In this document: positions 12,843 through 24,665 of the stretch, piece by piece
Layout: the number at the start of each line of letters is the position of its first letter
Position numbering within the stretch: position 1 is the first letter of the stretch
From: Chiloscyllium plagiosum
Lineage: Eukaryota
NCBI RefSeq assembly: GCF_004010195.1
Contig: NC_057729.1
Location: forward strand, 13,482,777 to 13,546,776
Length of the DNA stretch: 64,000 nucleotides
Reading direction: 5' to 3'
Notes under the pieces: model-generated
Told to the model about the DNA's origin: nothing
The model's input: the letters and a program-made list of their open reading frames with translations, nothing else
Databases searched by the model: none
Position numbers and translations under genes: made by a program

Positions 12843-15145
12843 GCAGGGAAATAGTAACTTCTGAGAAGCTATCAAGTCTAGTGCAGGTCAGAACACATTT
12901 TCTGATCAAAGTATTGAAACATTTCAGTATTTAATGACACTGAAATATTTGCTTTGGAATGGTTGGGAGAAGGAATTGTCAGAGTAGCTTTGAAACTGAT
13001 TCTCAAAACTAAGTGAACTGACCTTTGACAGACACTGGACATCTTGGTGAAACAAACCTCTTGGAAGATGGAAGTAAAAACTGCAATTCTGTAGAGAATG
13101 CATTGTATTGTATTGTATAAATGTGGGAGGTGAGTAGGGGGATTCTTGATTACGTTAGGTTGGGTGTGGAGATGATCAATTTCTACAGAAGAACTACACC
13201 AATATTTACTCAAGGTCAATTTTAAATTTTTCAATTGAGTCTTAACACATGAAATGTTGCCATGTAGTCCATCAAGTCTTTCACTGGGAATTAAGTATCT
13301 TTAAAATTGCTATCTGTCTCTCTACGGATCATAACAAAGTGTACCTTTTTTTTAAGCTAGTAACTTTGCAGGGTTAAATTAAAATTAAAATTGCTGAAGC
13401 TTTAAAATGTTGACATTTTGGACTGATCATGGACATTCTTTTTCCTCAGCCAATAAAATGCAGTGGATTTTGTGCCGGTAGTCAGGGACCTGTGTTGGGT
13501 GCAGTGTGTAAACAGGCCATGTGGAAATGGAACCAGGCCTAAATGGGAATAGTTGCTTTTTTAACCTGTCCTTTTTATTTACTGTCTGTTTGCAGCAAGT
13601 GAAATAAATTGAAAAAGACCTCTTACTTGTCCACCAGCCACACGTGTAAAGGATGACTATTTCTTTCAATCCAGATTACAATGAGGGAAACTGCAATCAC
13701 CATGATTTCAAATTATTCTATTTCTCTGTCAATGACTTCATACAAAGCTGTTGACTCATTTGTTAGGGTACTGGGGCAAGTCACCATCAAGTGTTTCATC
13801 TGAGAAACCATTGTTTGATATTGAGTCCATCAAACTCCTGAGCTATTACCTTTTGAGATGAGTCTCTGCTTGATGAAAAACAATCTGTGCACCTCCTGCT
13901 ATCCCACTCCCACCAATTCCAAGGGTTCTTTTACCAAGATTGTTTGGTATTTGTGGGTAAAAGGATGCTGCCACCAATCATCCTTGATTGACTGCATCTA
14001 AGGGTTTAATTGGGCTACAGTATTGGAGGATCAAACACTATTGACCCTTAGCAAAACATAATTTACTGAATGATGGTAATTAGGCACATGTTACTTTGGA
14101 AAGATAGACCTTGTAACAAAGACTGTGGAGTCCTAGGATTAGGTCTTCACTCCATGAGGTCTAGAATGATTTGCATAATCCTAACCAGAACATCATCACA
14201 TCGAGTGGAATTTAATGTAGTCCTCAACACTAACACTTTCAGAACCATTAGCTTATTCAACACATAACAGTTTTCCCTCTGTCCACTATTGCCTGCTTCA
14301 AACTTATCATTCACATATTACTGATCTCGCAATTTTGAGCTTTCATTTCACTCATACTCTTCCAATTAACCTCAACTTGTGTAAGTTACAAATCATTCAG
14401 ATTGCTGCAAATTATTCTTGCTTGGTCACCTCTGTCAATCTTGATTCTCCTACACTATGCTACATCCACTTCCATTACCAAATTCATCTCCAGGTCCTAA
14501 ACTTAAATCTGCCTCCAAACCCTCATCAAACTCTATTTTACCAGACTCTCTTCCAGCTTCATATTCAGTCCACTTCTCAGTCACCAAAGTTACACCTTTT
14601 CTTCTCTGCTCCACCATTGAGGGGTGTTCTTTCAACTCTACACACTGAGATTTTTCTTCTTACTACCCTTCTCTCCAACTGAGCTTCTTTCACTCTAGTC
14701 CATATTTCACTCCTGTGTAGTGGTCATTGTTTTCCTTCTCTTGGAGATTCTTTCAAGCTGTCTTTCTGTTTTTATGGAGTGCTGAATATAACAGGTTAAT
14801 GAAGAGGGAAGCATATCCAAATTGAACCCAATACCAAATGCTCAGGACAGCAGATTTTCAGTAAACTTTATTAATTCTCATTAACTGCATGTAGTTCACT
14901 GCATCAATGCTGTCCTTCAAAATGGTTTTTAGATTTATTAAAATAATTGTTAACAGGGTTTTGGTGAACAATGGAGAAGAAATTCATTATTTTTGCAGGT
15001 ATTAAGGATATTATTGCATTTGAAAGCTATGTTGCATGACAGTGCACTATAATACTTTGCCACTGTTCAATTGGCTAAAATAAATAATTTCATAATCTGT
15101 CAGCATATTTAATAAGGTAAACATGGCAGTATTGAATCATTTATA

Positions 15146-15460
15146 TTAGATTAGATTACTTACAGTGTGGAAACAGGCCCTTCGGCCCAACAAGTCCACA
15201 CCGACCCGCCGAAGCGCAACCCACCCATACCCCTACATCTACCCCTTTAACCTAACACTACGGGCAATTTAGCATGGCCAATTCACCTGACCCGCACATC
15301 TTTGGACTGTGGGAGGAAACCGGAGCACCCGGAGGAAACCCACGCAGACACGGGGAGAATGTGCAAACTCCACACAGTCAGTCGCCTGAGTCGGGAATTG
15401 AACCCGGGTCTACAGGCGCTGTGAGGCAGCAGTGCTAACCACTGGGCCACCGTGCCGCCC
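15146..15460 (-). mobile_element. Full-length, well-preserved HE1-type SINE
   Basis: (GATTA)n tail, retained CpGs, ends ...CCACCGTGCCGCCC. Confidence 0.95.
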
Positions 15461-16470
15461 ACCATATGAAAGAGAAAATGTCACGAACACATTAATAAAT
15501 GACATAAAAAATGCCAAACAATTTTCTCTGTGAAATTAAGGTATACCAAATCCACCCACAAATTCTTGATGCACAAATTTTAAATTTTGTAATTTTGTTG
15601 TTCCATGATTTTGTACATTTCTAAAACACATTAAACAGACAATAAAATGCTCACTCGTAAAATGCAAAATGACATTCCCAGATTTTCCAGATGTTTCCAG
15701 CTCCAAAAACCTTAAAATATATCCATTGGCTTATCTTGTTTGCCTTGCTACATGTCATCATATCCAATTCATGTTTCCTGAATAAATCCTTTTAACTAGA
15801 CTAAGAGTGAACATGATATGCAGTTTAATTACATTGATAATATAATGTATTGAACACTTACTTGGTTCAAATTAGATGACAACCATATTGTTAAACACTG
15901 AAACATTTTGAATATGTTATATCTATTCAAAATAGTAACAGACGTACTTCAGGCAGCTTAAGATACAACTGCATAAATTTAACAAAGACATTATTTTTCA
16001 GACAAAAGATGCACGTGCACTATCTGATAATAAAGAAATACATCATAGTAATTATAGCATGTATTTACATTGAGTTTGCCAATAGCTCAGCTAGTATCTG
16101 AACAGCTTAGTATAGAACAGAGCCATATGGGAAAGAAAATTCCAAACTGTTAGTCTGCTCGATTGGCTGACCTCAGTCTACATTCTTGTATCTTAATATT
16201 CTTATTCGAGACATTTTGCTTGAACATAATTTGAGTTCATAATCAGGCTTTGTCTTTCCTCCATCAAGAACCCTCTGCTACCATTCAGACTTTTGTCCTT
16301 ATTTAGTTGTAGGAATATTAAAAATTAACTTTTAGTTTTAGTATAGTGCAAAATGATTAATAGAAAGCTATCTGTTACAGCTAAGACACTTACGTTTGTA
16401 AAGACTAAGTATCAAGTATTGCAGTAACACATAACAAGCTTCCTGAGGAACTTTAAGTCTTTCAGTATGA

Positions 16471-16804
16471 ATTAGAATCCCTACAATGTGGAAATAAGCC
16501 ATTTGGCCCAACAAGTTCACACCGATCCTCCCAAGAGTAACCCACCCTAGACCCATTCCCCTACCCTATTATTCTACTTTCCCTTGACTAATGCAACTAA
16601 CACACATCCCTGAGTACTATAGGCAATTTAGCATGGCCAATTTACTTAACATTTTTGGACTGTGGGAGAAGACCAGCGCACCTGAAGGAAACCCACACAG
16701 TCATGGGGAGAACGTGCAAATTCCACACAGACAGTCGCCTGAGGCTGGAATTGAAAACAGCAATGTGAGGCAGCAATGCTAACCACTGAGCCACCATGCT
16801 GCCC
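16471..16804 (-). mobile_element. HE1-type SINE
   Basis: Same body as 15146-15460, more diverged. Confidence 0.85.
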
Positions 16805-18612
16805 GCATGGGCAAATCTATGCAGTCTACCTGGCTTTTTCTTCATAAAAAAAACTTGCTTTAATTTTAAAAATTACATATGCTATATTAATTAAATTGAT
16901 TAGACCTGTTAACTAGCCATACTTTTCAAGTGGTTAACTGATGTGTTTAACAAGCAAGATGTACTTGACAGAACTCATTCAGTAACTGTGAGAACACAGC
17001 AGTACTCATTATGTACAAAATCTGGCCTATTCATCCTCAGAAACCTCTTTGTGAATGGTAATTGGCAATAGCATATTTCATTAGTGCACTCTTTGAATTG
17101 GATATCATTATTTTTAAAATGTAAACAATGTCAGAAATTGGATTATAATGATTATTTGGGGTTTAACTTTTCAGAAAGTAAACTTAATGACATATACATT
17201 TGGGACAGTAGCAAGATAAAATGTGCAGATTCAATCCAGCATTTAAAAAATGCGTCAAAAAATAATTTGAGTCAGCTTTTCAAAAACAGTAGGGTTACAG
17301 TTTCCTCCATTTTGATGATCCTGATATTAGATCTAAAATGTCATTCTGATCCGATCAAGGTAAGCTGAAGCTTCTTGTGAATCTCATTAGCATCTTCCTG
17401 AATGGAAAATTTGCATACATCAATTAAAAGAGCTGAACCGACTCCATATGTTACTATTTTCAGTCAGAAAATGATATTTCTAATGACTCATTTAATCAAT
17501 GTTCATGAGTATAGAGTGTTTAAGAGTATCTCACAGATTATTTTCTTTTTCTAATATGACCAGTGCCTATGCAAGAAAATAATGCATTGAAATAAGCACA
17601 AAATACAGAGCAGGTTTCAGTTTCTTTTTGAAAGCAAACCCTAAATATTACAATAAAACACCAGAAGACCAAACTTTGTTTCTTGTCATAGTTTGATCGA
17701 AGTTTGAAAAGGCAAATATAATTATATGAAAGTCTTTCATATGGCTTTGTAAGTTGGTTTGAGCTCTGTTCAAGCTGCAGAATCAACAGATAGTTGTGAC
17801 GGATTGAGAAGATTGTACTTGCATGAGTCAAGCATTTCTGTCCAAACTTCTGTCGTCTTGGAGGTGACATATTTAAACGAGCATGTCTCTGGGTGGTAAT
17901 GGGCAAGAAATTCAGTGCATCAATCCTGGGTAGCTATAAAATCCTGGTACGATTGTAAACTTACTTATCAACAGATAAACCTTAAAGTGCAAATAACACA
18001 GGTTGCAGAAAATTACAATTTTATACTGCTTGTGCAAACACTGAATATTAACATGCACAGCAGCATGATTCAAACTACCAAAGATAGGACGTACATGAAT
18101 GAGAAAAAGATAGAAGTGACTTGATTGTATTAACAAGTGACTTTGTGCCTGTTCATATGGCACCCTTTGTAATTTTAACTAAGTATTTTTTTTCTTTTCA
18201 AAATAAACTGTGTATTTCTTCTATTTCAGTAGGAAACATTGGAGTGTCAAAGACCCAATTTCCTCCTACTCTTCATTTAAATTCACAAATGTAGACAATC
18301 AAATTGTTGTCAAGTATGGCTTTGCATTTTTGTGGCATCATTTGCAATCAAAATTATGCTTTTACTGTAAAGCAACATGAAAGAGTAATGCAGTCTGCTT
18401 TTCGTCACTCCAGAAGCTGCAACCATCATTTTCAACTTAAATTTGCTGAAGACTTTAATTTAGGGCTTCCATTATCCAAAGTTCTGTCCGAAAGATTTCT
18501 TTTCACAGCATTGTAATACGATGTTATCTGAAGTGAGTTTAAAACCCTGCTCTGGTAACTCAAACAGAGCAGAAAGGTTATTGACGTGCTGCAGTCTGTG
18601 AAGCTGAGGAAG

Positions 18613-19575
18613 TTACCACTTACAACGTAAGTTGAGATTTCCACAGTAGCAGATCTCTTTGAAAGTCTTGCGCATCTCTTGACTCCGAAAGGCATAAATC
18701 ACGGGATCAATGACCGAATTACACATAATGAGGATCAGGTACATGTTAAAATGTGATGTGTAACAGATGCAGTATGGATTTGTAGGGCATGATATGATGA
18801 GGATAAGGTGAAGGAAAAAGGGAGCCCAACAGATAATGAAAATCCCAAGCAGGATGGTGATGGTAATGGCCCCTTTCATGCAAGTCCTCTGTTGGACAAT
18901 ACCATTGACTGGGAATGTGGCAATTCTTTTAATATGTAGACGAGCGAGCATAAACATATGGACATAAAGGGTAGTCATAAGGAAAAGCATGGTGAAGAAC
19001 ATGGCAATAAGACAAATGATGACTGTTTCGCTATCTGAATAAATTATGAAGGTAATACCACAGCAGATACAAGCAATCCAGATAAATATCATAAGAATTA
19101 AAGCCCGTTTTACTGTCATAATACTGTGGTAGCGCAAAGCATAGAAGATAGTGATGTACCTGTCAATGGCAATAATCAGTAGATTACATATTGATGCCAC
19201 TAGGGAAATACAGATCATTGAATCAAAAACATTGTCCATTTGCTGAATAAAGTGGTCAGTAGCCACCAAGAAGCCACTGTTTAAAAATGCCATTACAATT
19301 GTCTCCAAGGCATTAGATACACTTACCAGCATGTCTGCCACTGCTAAACTACAGATGAAAAAATACATTGGAGAATGGAGGTTTTTGTTTTTAAGAATAG
19401 CAAGGATAACCAGGATGTTTTCCAAAAGGCTGATGATTCCTAGAGTCAGAAACACTTCAGATTTAATTGGGACCTGTTCACAGAAGGCTGCACTGTTGTT
19501 CAGGATGATACTTTCATTCAGATCTTCTGTGCTGTTCATTGTCGGCAAATAGAATATAGAATGGGTGGAATTCAT
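18613..19575 (-). CDS. mc3r: Melanocortin receptor 3 (intronless class A GPCR, 320 aa from the first ATG)
   Basis: Seven hydrophobic segments; [25 protein letters not shown] and DPVIY motifs. MC3R-type segments FCEQVxIKxEVFL, [35 protein letters not shown] and [15 protein letters not shown]. The ORF-track start at 19608 is TTG; the first ATG is at 19575. N-terminal NxS/T glycosylation sites. Confidence 0.95.
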   Translation of the reverse strand: MNSTHSIFYLPTMNSTEDLNESIILNNSAAFCEQVPIKSEVFLTLGIISLLENILVILAILKNKNLHSPMYFFICSLAVADMLVSVSNALETIVMAFLNSGFLVATDHFIQQMDNVFDSMICISLVASICNLLIIAIDRYITIFYALRYHSIMTVKRALILMIFIWIACICCGITFIIYSDSETVIICLIAMFFTMLFLMTTLYVHMFMLARLHIKRIATFPVNGIVQQRTCMKGAITITILLGIFIICWAPFFLHLILIISCPTNPYCICYTSHFNMYLILIMCNSVIDPVIYAFRSQEMRKTFKEICYCGNLNLRCKW

Positions 19576-19874
19576 TGTGAAAATGGAATCTCGTGCTGTT
19601 AGAAGCAAAGCTTGAAAGAATTGATGTCTCCGCTGTCACAGCATCAAAAGTTCAATTGATTCATATTGAAAAAACTCGAAGATAGCGTATCATTCTTCGT
19701 CTTGCTGCTTTTGGACAGTAATTTTTAAACTCCTTGCAGCTCAAAGCAATTCCTTTGTTGCTGGCTTTAAGGCACACCAGGACTGAAAGTTCAGAACTCA
19801 ATCTTGTTCATTCTGTTTACAATATGTAGAGTGTCAATTTATTCTCTGAGCCTTACTAGTTGATGGTTCGATGC

Positions 19875-19881
19875 ATTTATA
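19875..19881 (-). promoter_or_regulatory. Candidate TATA box of mc3r
   Basis: TATAAAT on the minus strand about 300 nt upstream of the ATG; position only. Confidence 0.35.
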
Positions 19882-20058
19882 GTCCACTGGAAGACAGTAG
19901 CTCCTCCCTGTTCTTTAGGGACTTTAAATGTCAGTTTAAAGTGTAGGGCTAGGGCTGAGTGACAGGGAATTGCTGCAAAACTACTGTGGTATGGTACAGT
20001 CTTCAAGCTCTTCAACATGCTAGTACTGTATAGTGGTCACTTGGTGCCCCCTTGTGTT

Positions 20059-20280
20059 CAAAGTTAAAACTCACACAACACCAGATTGTAGTCCAACAGG
20101 TTTATTTGGAAGCATTAGCTTTCGGAGCGCTGCTGCTTCATTGGGTGGTTGTAGCAGGATGAAGGAGCAGTGCTCCGAAAGCTTGTATTTCCAAATAAAC
20201 CTGTTGGATTATAACCTGGTGTTGTGCGATTTTAAACTTTATATACCCCAGTCCAACACCGGCGTCTCCAAATCATGATT
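20059..20280. mobile_element. Palindromic PLE pLTR-derived insertion with two opposed, mutated hammerhead motifs
   Basis: ~85-bp inverted arms homologous to 655-745 and 1910-1999; TSD CCCTTGTGTT at 20049-20058 and 20281-20290. Confidence 0.8.
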
Positions 20281-20357
20281 CCCTTGTGTTGATCTTCTGA
20301 TTGCATATCAACAAAACAATCCATAAATTAAAATAGCAAAGTACAGCATTATGAATA

Positions 20358-20978
20358 TGTGATGATACCATGGCTTTAAGAGATATGTTTTGTCCTTTTT
20401 TTAAAAGAAGAGAGGTTGAGACAGAGGTAATAAGCAGTCTGGTCAAAGCCAATAAAGTAAACAACTTGTAATGCTTGTTTTTTTTAAAGTTGGAACAACA
20501 GAAGCAGCCTGGATGAATGGGGTCAAGCTCTCAGAGAACCAGGATTTTTAATTTAGCTTTCATCAATTGCTGGGGTCTTGATACTGGAGGTAGAAGCTCT
20601 TATTCCTCGCTCTGTTACAGCTGGGGTTCTCTTCCTGTTGCTGGAATTGCATGTGAGACAATCTATTTCGTTGACTTTGCCCTTGTGAAAATGTGCTCAT
20701 GGGATATTATTATATTGGAACAGTTAATTAAGAGTTCATTATTTTGTTAAATATTTCAACAGAGTAACAGTTAAGCCATTTCTTTTCTTTGTTTTTATTT
20801 TGTCTGTATTTTACTCTTAGTGTATAAATAAAGTGTGTTTTGTTTCGAGCCTGGTACTTTGACCATTTTAATTGTATCTGGAACGCAACGCTTGGCACTT
20901 CTCATTAAAATAAAAACAAGTTAGGGTCTAGGCTATCTCCTTGATATACTTTGTGGGGGTGTGGTCTGGCACATAACA
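20358..20978 (+). mobile_element. Solo LTR (Gypsy-like)
   Basis: TGTGATG...CATAACA termini, 4-bp TSD AATA (20354-20357 and 20979-20982), AATAAA at 20827. Confidence 0.7.
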
Positions 20979-20982
20979 AATA

Positions 20983-21344
20983 CAGTAGCACCTCGACATA
21001 TGAACGACCCCGTTCACGAACAAATTAGTTTACGAACAGGATTGTACATAAAATGTTGCTTCAACGTACGTACGAAATTCAAGGTACGAACGCAAAAAGC
21101 CCGTGTGTGACCACGTGGTTTCATTGTTCTGCTTTGCTACGCGCGCTTAGAACGCAAAAGCTCTTGGGCCCCGCGTGATCTCTTTTAGTTCGTCTTTGGC
21201 ACGCGTGCTTGAACATCGTTCGTTGCTACGTCCAAGCATTTTTACGCTATCCAAACAATGGGAAAAATTGATTCAGCTCGCGAACTTTTCGGTTTGCGAA
21301 CCGGGTCCCGGAACGGATTAAGTTCGTAAATCGAGGCGCGACTG
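20983..21344. mobile_element. Tigger/pogo-type (Tc1/mariner superfamily) MITE, CpG-rich
   Basis: TA flanks; imperfect 23-bp TIR CAGTAGCACCTCGACATATGAAC versus CAGTCGCGCCTCGATTTACGAAC; subterminal CGAAC repeats. Confidence 0.85.
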
Positions 21345-22120
21345 TACAACTGACCTCATCTCAAAACACTGTATGTCACTCACTGAAATTGTTGAAGGTG
21401 TTTACAATGTAAGTCATCACTTGTGTCTCAACATTATGCTAGAAATTTGCTGGCATTGGAGGAGGAAAAGCAATAGGACTGCAGATCCAAGTATTCTTTC
21501 CAAGATCCAAGGGGGCAATCCTGTTAAATCTAGCCCAGAAAGAACCTTCTGAGAAATCAAATACAAATACTTCACCTGACCTCTTCTGCACATTCTACTG
21601 ACTGCCACTTCATGCTGATCTCCATATTTCTTGAGTTAAATGTGTATCATGCTGCAAAGACAACATGGCCATTGAATATAAACTTGATCCCCACCTGCAT
21701 AAGATGTGCAGCACATTTTTAATGTGCAGAGGAGACTATGCCACAAAGCTTTGACCGTTATTTATGAAACCGTTCTGAAGACGAGCCATACCAGACACGA
21801 GACATTAACTGTTCCTCTCTTCACAGATGCTGCCAGACCTGCTGAGTTTCTCCAGCATTCTTTGTTTATTTCAGATTTCCAGCATTGCCAGTATTTTACC
21901 ATTTTATTCTTTATCCAACATTTTTTGGGTTCAGGACAGGCAAACTGGATTATAATCCACCCACCAGGAATAGGAACTGCAGCTGATCTTTTTTCATGCC
22001 CATATTAGCTGCCTGATTGTATGTCTGGATGAAAATAGTCAACTCAAAATCCAGGAATTAATCACAGGAATTATCTGGTCTGTATGGCTCACATCTCTGG
22101 CATTAATGGAAGGTGAAGAA

Positions 22121-22548
22121 GGTCGGACGGTCGGAAGAGGAGCGTCTTATCTTCCGACTGGGAACCCTCCAACCGCAGGGGATGAACTTGGACTTCACCA
22201 GTTTCTTCATCCCCCCTCCCCCCACCTTGTCTCAGCCGGATCCCTCCAGCCCGGCACCGCCTTCCTGACCTGCAGTCTTCTTCTTGACCTCTCCGCCTCC
22301 ATCCTACTCCGACCTATCACCCTCACCTTGACCTCTTTCCACCTATCACATTTCCAACGCCCCTCCTCCAAGTCCCTCCTCCCTACCTTTTATCTTCTCC
22401 TGCTGAACACTCTCTGCTCATTCCTGAAGAAGGGCCTGTGCCCGAAACGTCGAATCTCCTGTTCCCTGGATGCTGCCTGACCTGCTGTGCTGTTCCAGCA
22501 ATAAAGTTTCAACTTTGATCTCCAGCATCTGCAGACCTCACTTTCTCC
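22121..22548 (+). mobile_element. Penelope-like element 3' end
   Basis: Translates as RSEEERLIFRLGTLQPQGMNLDFTSF (GIY-YIG C-terminus); hammerhead motif; perfect 14-bp TSD TGGAAGGTGAAGAA at 22107-22120 and 22549-22562. Confidence 0.9.
22420..22455 (+). ncRNA. Intact minimal type I hammerhead ribozyme motif
   Basis: AUUC-CUGAAGA-A-GGGC(CUGU)GCCC-GAA-ACGU-C/GAAU: canonical core, GUC cleavage triplet, 4-bp stem I and palindromic ACGU stem III. Confidence 0.85.
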
Positions 22549-24211
22549 TGGAAGGTGAAGAACACAACAACGTCTCTTACATGTCTTGGCCAAGAAGTTT
22601 TAGAAGAGGACCTTCAGTACTTTACTTGGGAACCTCATGCCTCAGATCTGCGGGCAGGCAGCCAAAAGCAATGGGTCCCACCCTGGTGTTCAGTTAAATT
22701 TAGTCAAGACATTGATCATGTCATTGGGCTATAACTTTTCATTATTCGTTAGGTTACTGCTTGCTTCTTGTTGGAAGCTCACTAATGGTCTGCTCAGGGC
22801 TTGAGGAAAATAAAAATGGCTATGAAGCCAACATGTTGGTGCTAGTCGGGAAAATTTTACAACTTCAACCTTTTCCTAGCCATTCTCAGAGGAGGGACAA
22901 TTAATTGATTAAAACTGTGGTCTCCCTATATGTGACATTTAATGCTCAGTTTCTTCGATTGCAAAAATGTACTTAAAATTAATTGTCCAAAAATCTGGAA
23001 ATTAAAAGCTTCAGTTATTATTTATTAAATTGATGTTTGTATTTGTTACACCAGCTTACCATTAGGATTATGTTTCCATCTATATCTTTGTCCATTGCTG
23101 TATTCTCTGTTGCAGTATGTTGTCACAACATCACAGGATTATTCACACAGTACATGCAATAGTTGATATTATCAGCATTTATCAGACACAAGCCAGTACG
23201 AAGGGCTTAGAGTTGTGGTTGCTGAGAGGTCACAGCAGAATTCCTCAGACTGTCCATTAGTGGATAATCAGAGAGAAAATTGAATTTATTATTGAGAGGT
23301 TGCCCTGCAATAGATTATTAAAATAATTACTTCAAAATATAAACCAAGAAATCCATTTTATTATTATGTTTTATATTAATATTGAACACAATAGTGTTGT
23401 AGGACTTTTTTCTGTATGTTCCTTTAAATTTTGCTTTTATCCCGATCATAACCATATGTTATGTCATATTGCCATTATATAACTGACTTTACCTAACCAT
23501 CTTTTGCAGGCCATTTGAAAATTAGCAGCTAACAGAGCATCTTAAAAACACTTGCCATCGACAGGATATCTTGGATTAAGTGTGCAAAAATGTGGTCTAA
23601 GCTATTAACTCATGATACCTTGGAATCTATAAAGATCTAGAGTTCTCCAGTGTTCAGAAAATGTCAAGGATCTTGAGGCTTGCTAAATAAACTTTCACAC
23701 ATGTCCCTTTTGATCTTGATTAGTTTTTTTTTAGGCTTGTGCGTTGTTTTGAAGGAGCTTGACAAATGGTATGATGAACATACAAAAAAGGAACAGAAGT
23801 GAACCATTCACCCCTTAAGACTACTTTGCTGCTCAATAACACCATGGGTGATTTGTTCCTATGTGATGAAAGCTAATATAAACAGAGGGTGCTTTAAACG
23901 AAGTGTGAATGGAGTGTTCCAAACTCAGGTGAGTTATGAAAGCAAAATACTGTGGGTCACAATTCATAAATACCATCCACAATCACACAGGCTGCTCAAA
24001 GACATGAAGCTGATTTCCTGTCTCCTTGAACTGCAAGGATTCAGCAACATGATCTTATTTGCAATGCTGCTTTTCCTAGGTGATTGGGGAAAGAAGCTTT
24101 CAGTGATCTTTATCACAATTAGAACTCCTACTATATTTGCATGACTTGGCTGCTGTCATATTCATTGGAATATGGTTCTTTTGTTAATTAACCTTGTTAC
24201 ACCAAATGTGT

Positions 24212-24665
24212 TTTGATTTGATTTGATTTATTATTGTCACATTTACCTCGGTACAGCGAAATGATTTTTTTTGTGTGCAGTACAGGCAAATCGCACTATA
24301 CAATGTGCATTAGGGTAATAGACCACATCGAAGAATACAATGTTATGGCTGCAGAAAAAGTGTGCAAACAGCGAGATCAACACTTAAATTTAAATTCAGC
24401 AGTCTAACAGCGGGGAAGAAGTTGTTGATATTTGTGTTTAAGCTTTTGTGTCTTGTCCCCAACAAAAGAGACTGGAAGAGAGTATTACTGGGTTGGGAGG
24501 GGTCTTTGATGATATTGTCTACCTTCCTGAAGCAGCGAGAATTATAGATGGAGTCAATGGATGGAAGGTTAAATTGTGTGATAGATTGGACTGTGTTCAC
24601 AACTCTCTGTAGTTTTTTTTACAGACCTGGGCAGAGCAGTTGCCATGTTAAGCCATGATTCATCT
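24212..24665 (-). mobile_element. Rex1/Babar-type LINE 3' fragment
   Basis: LPSIDSIYNSRCFRKVDNIIKDPSQP...LFQSL...NFFPAVRLLN, the post-RT C-terminal region typical of Rex-Babar, with an (AAATC)n tail. Confidence 0.7.

Noticed and set aside
18613-19575. Assignment as MC4R or MC5R
   Set aside because: The TM1, TM3, ICL3 and ECL3 segments match MC3R-type sequence better.
19576-19608. 11-aa N-terminal extension of MC3R in the ORF track
   Set aside because: It starts at TTG; the first ATG is at 19575.
20110-20190. Active hammerheads next to the mc3r promoter
   Set aside because: Both cores are mutated (CCAAUGA and AGGAUGA instead of CUGAUGA).
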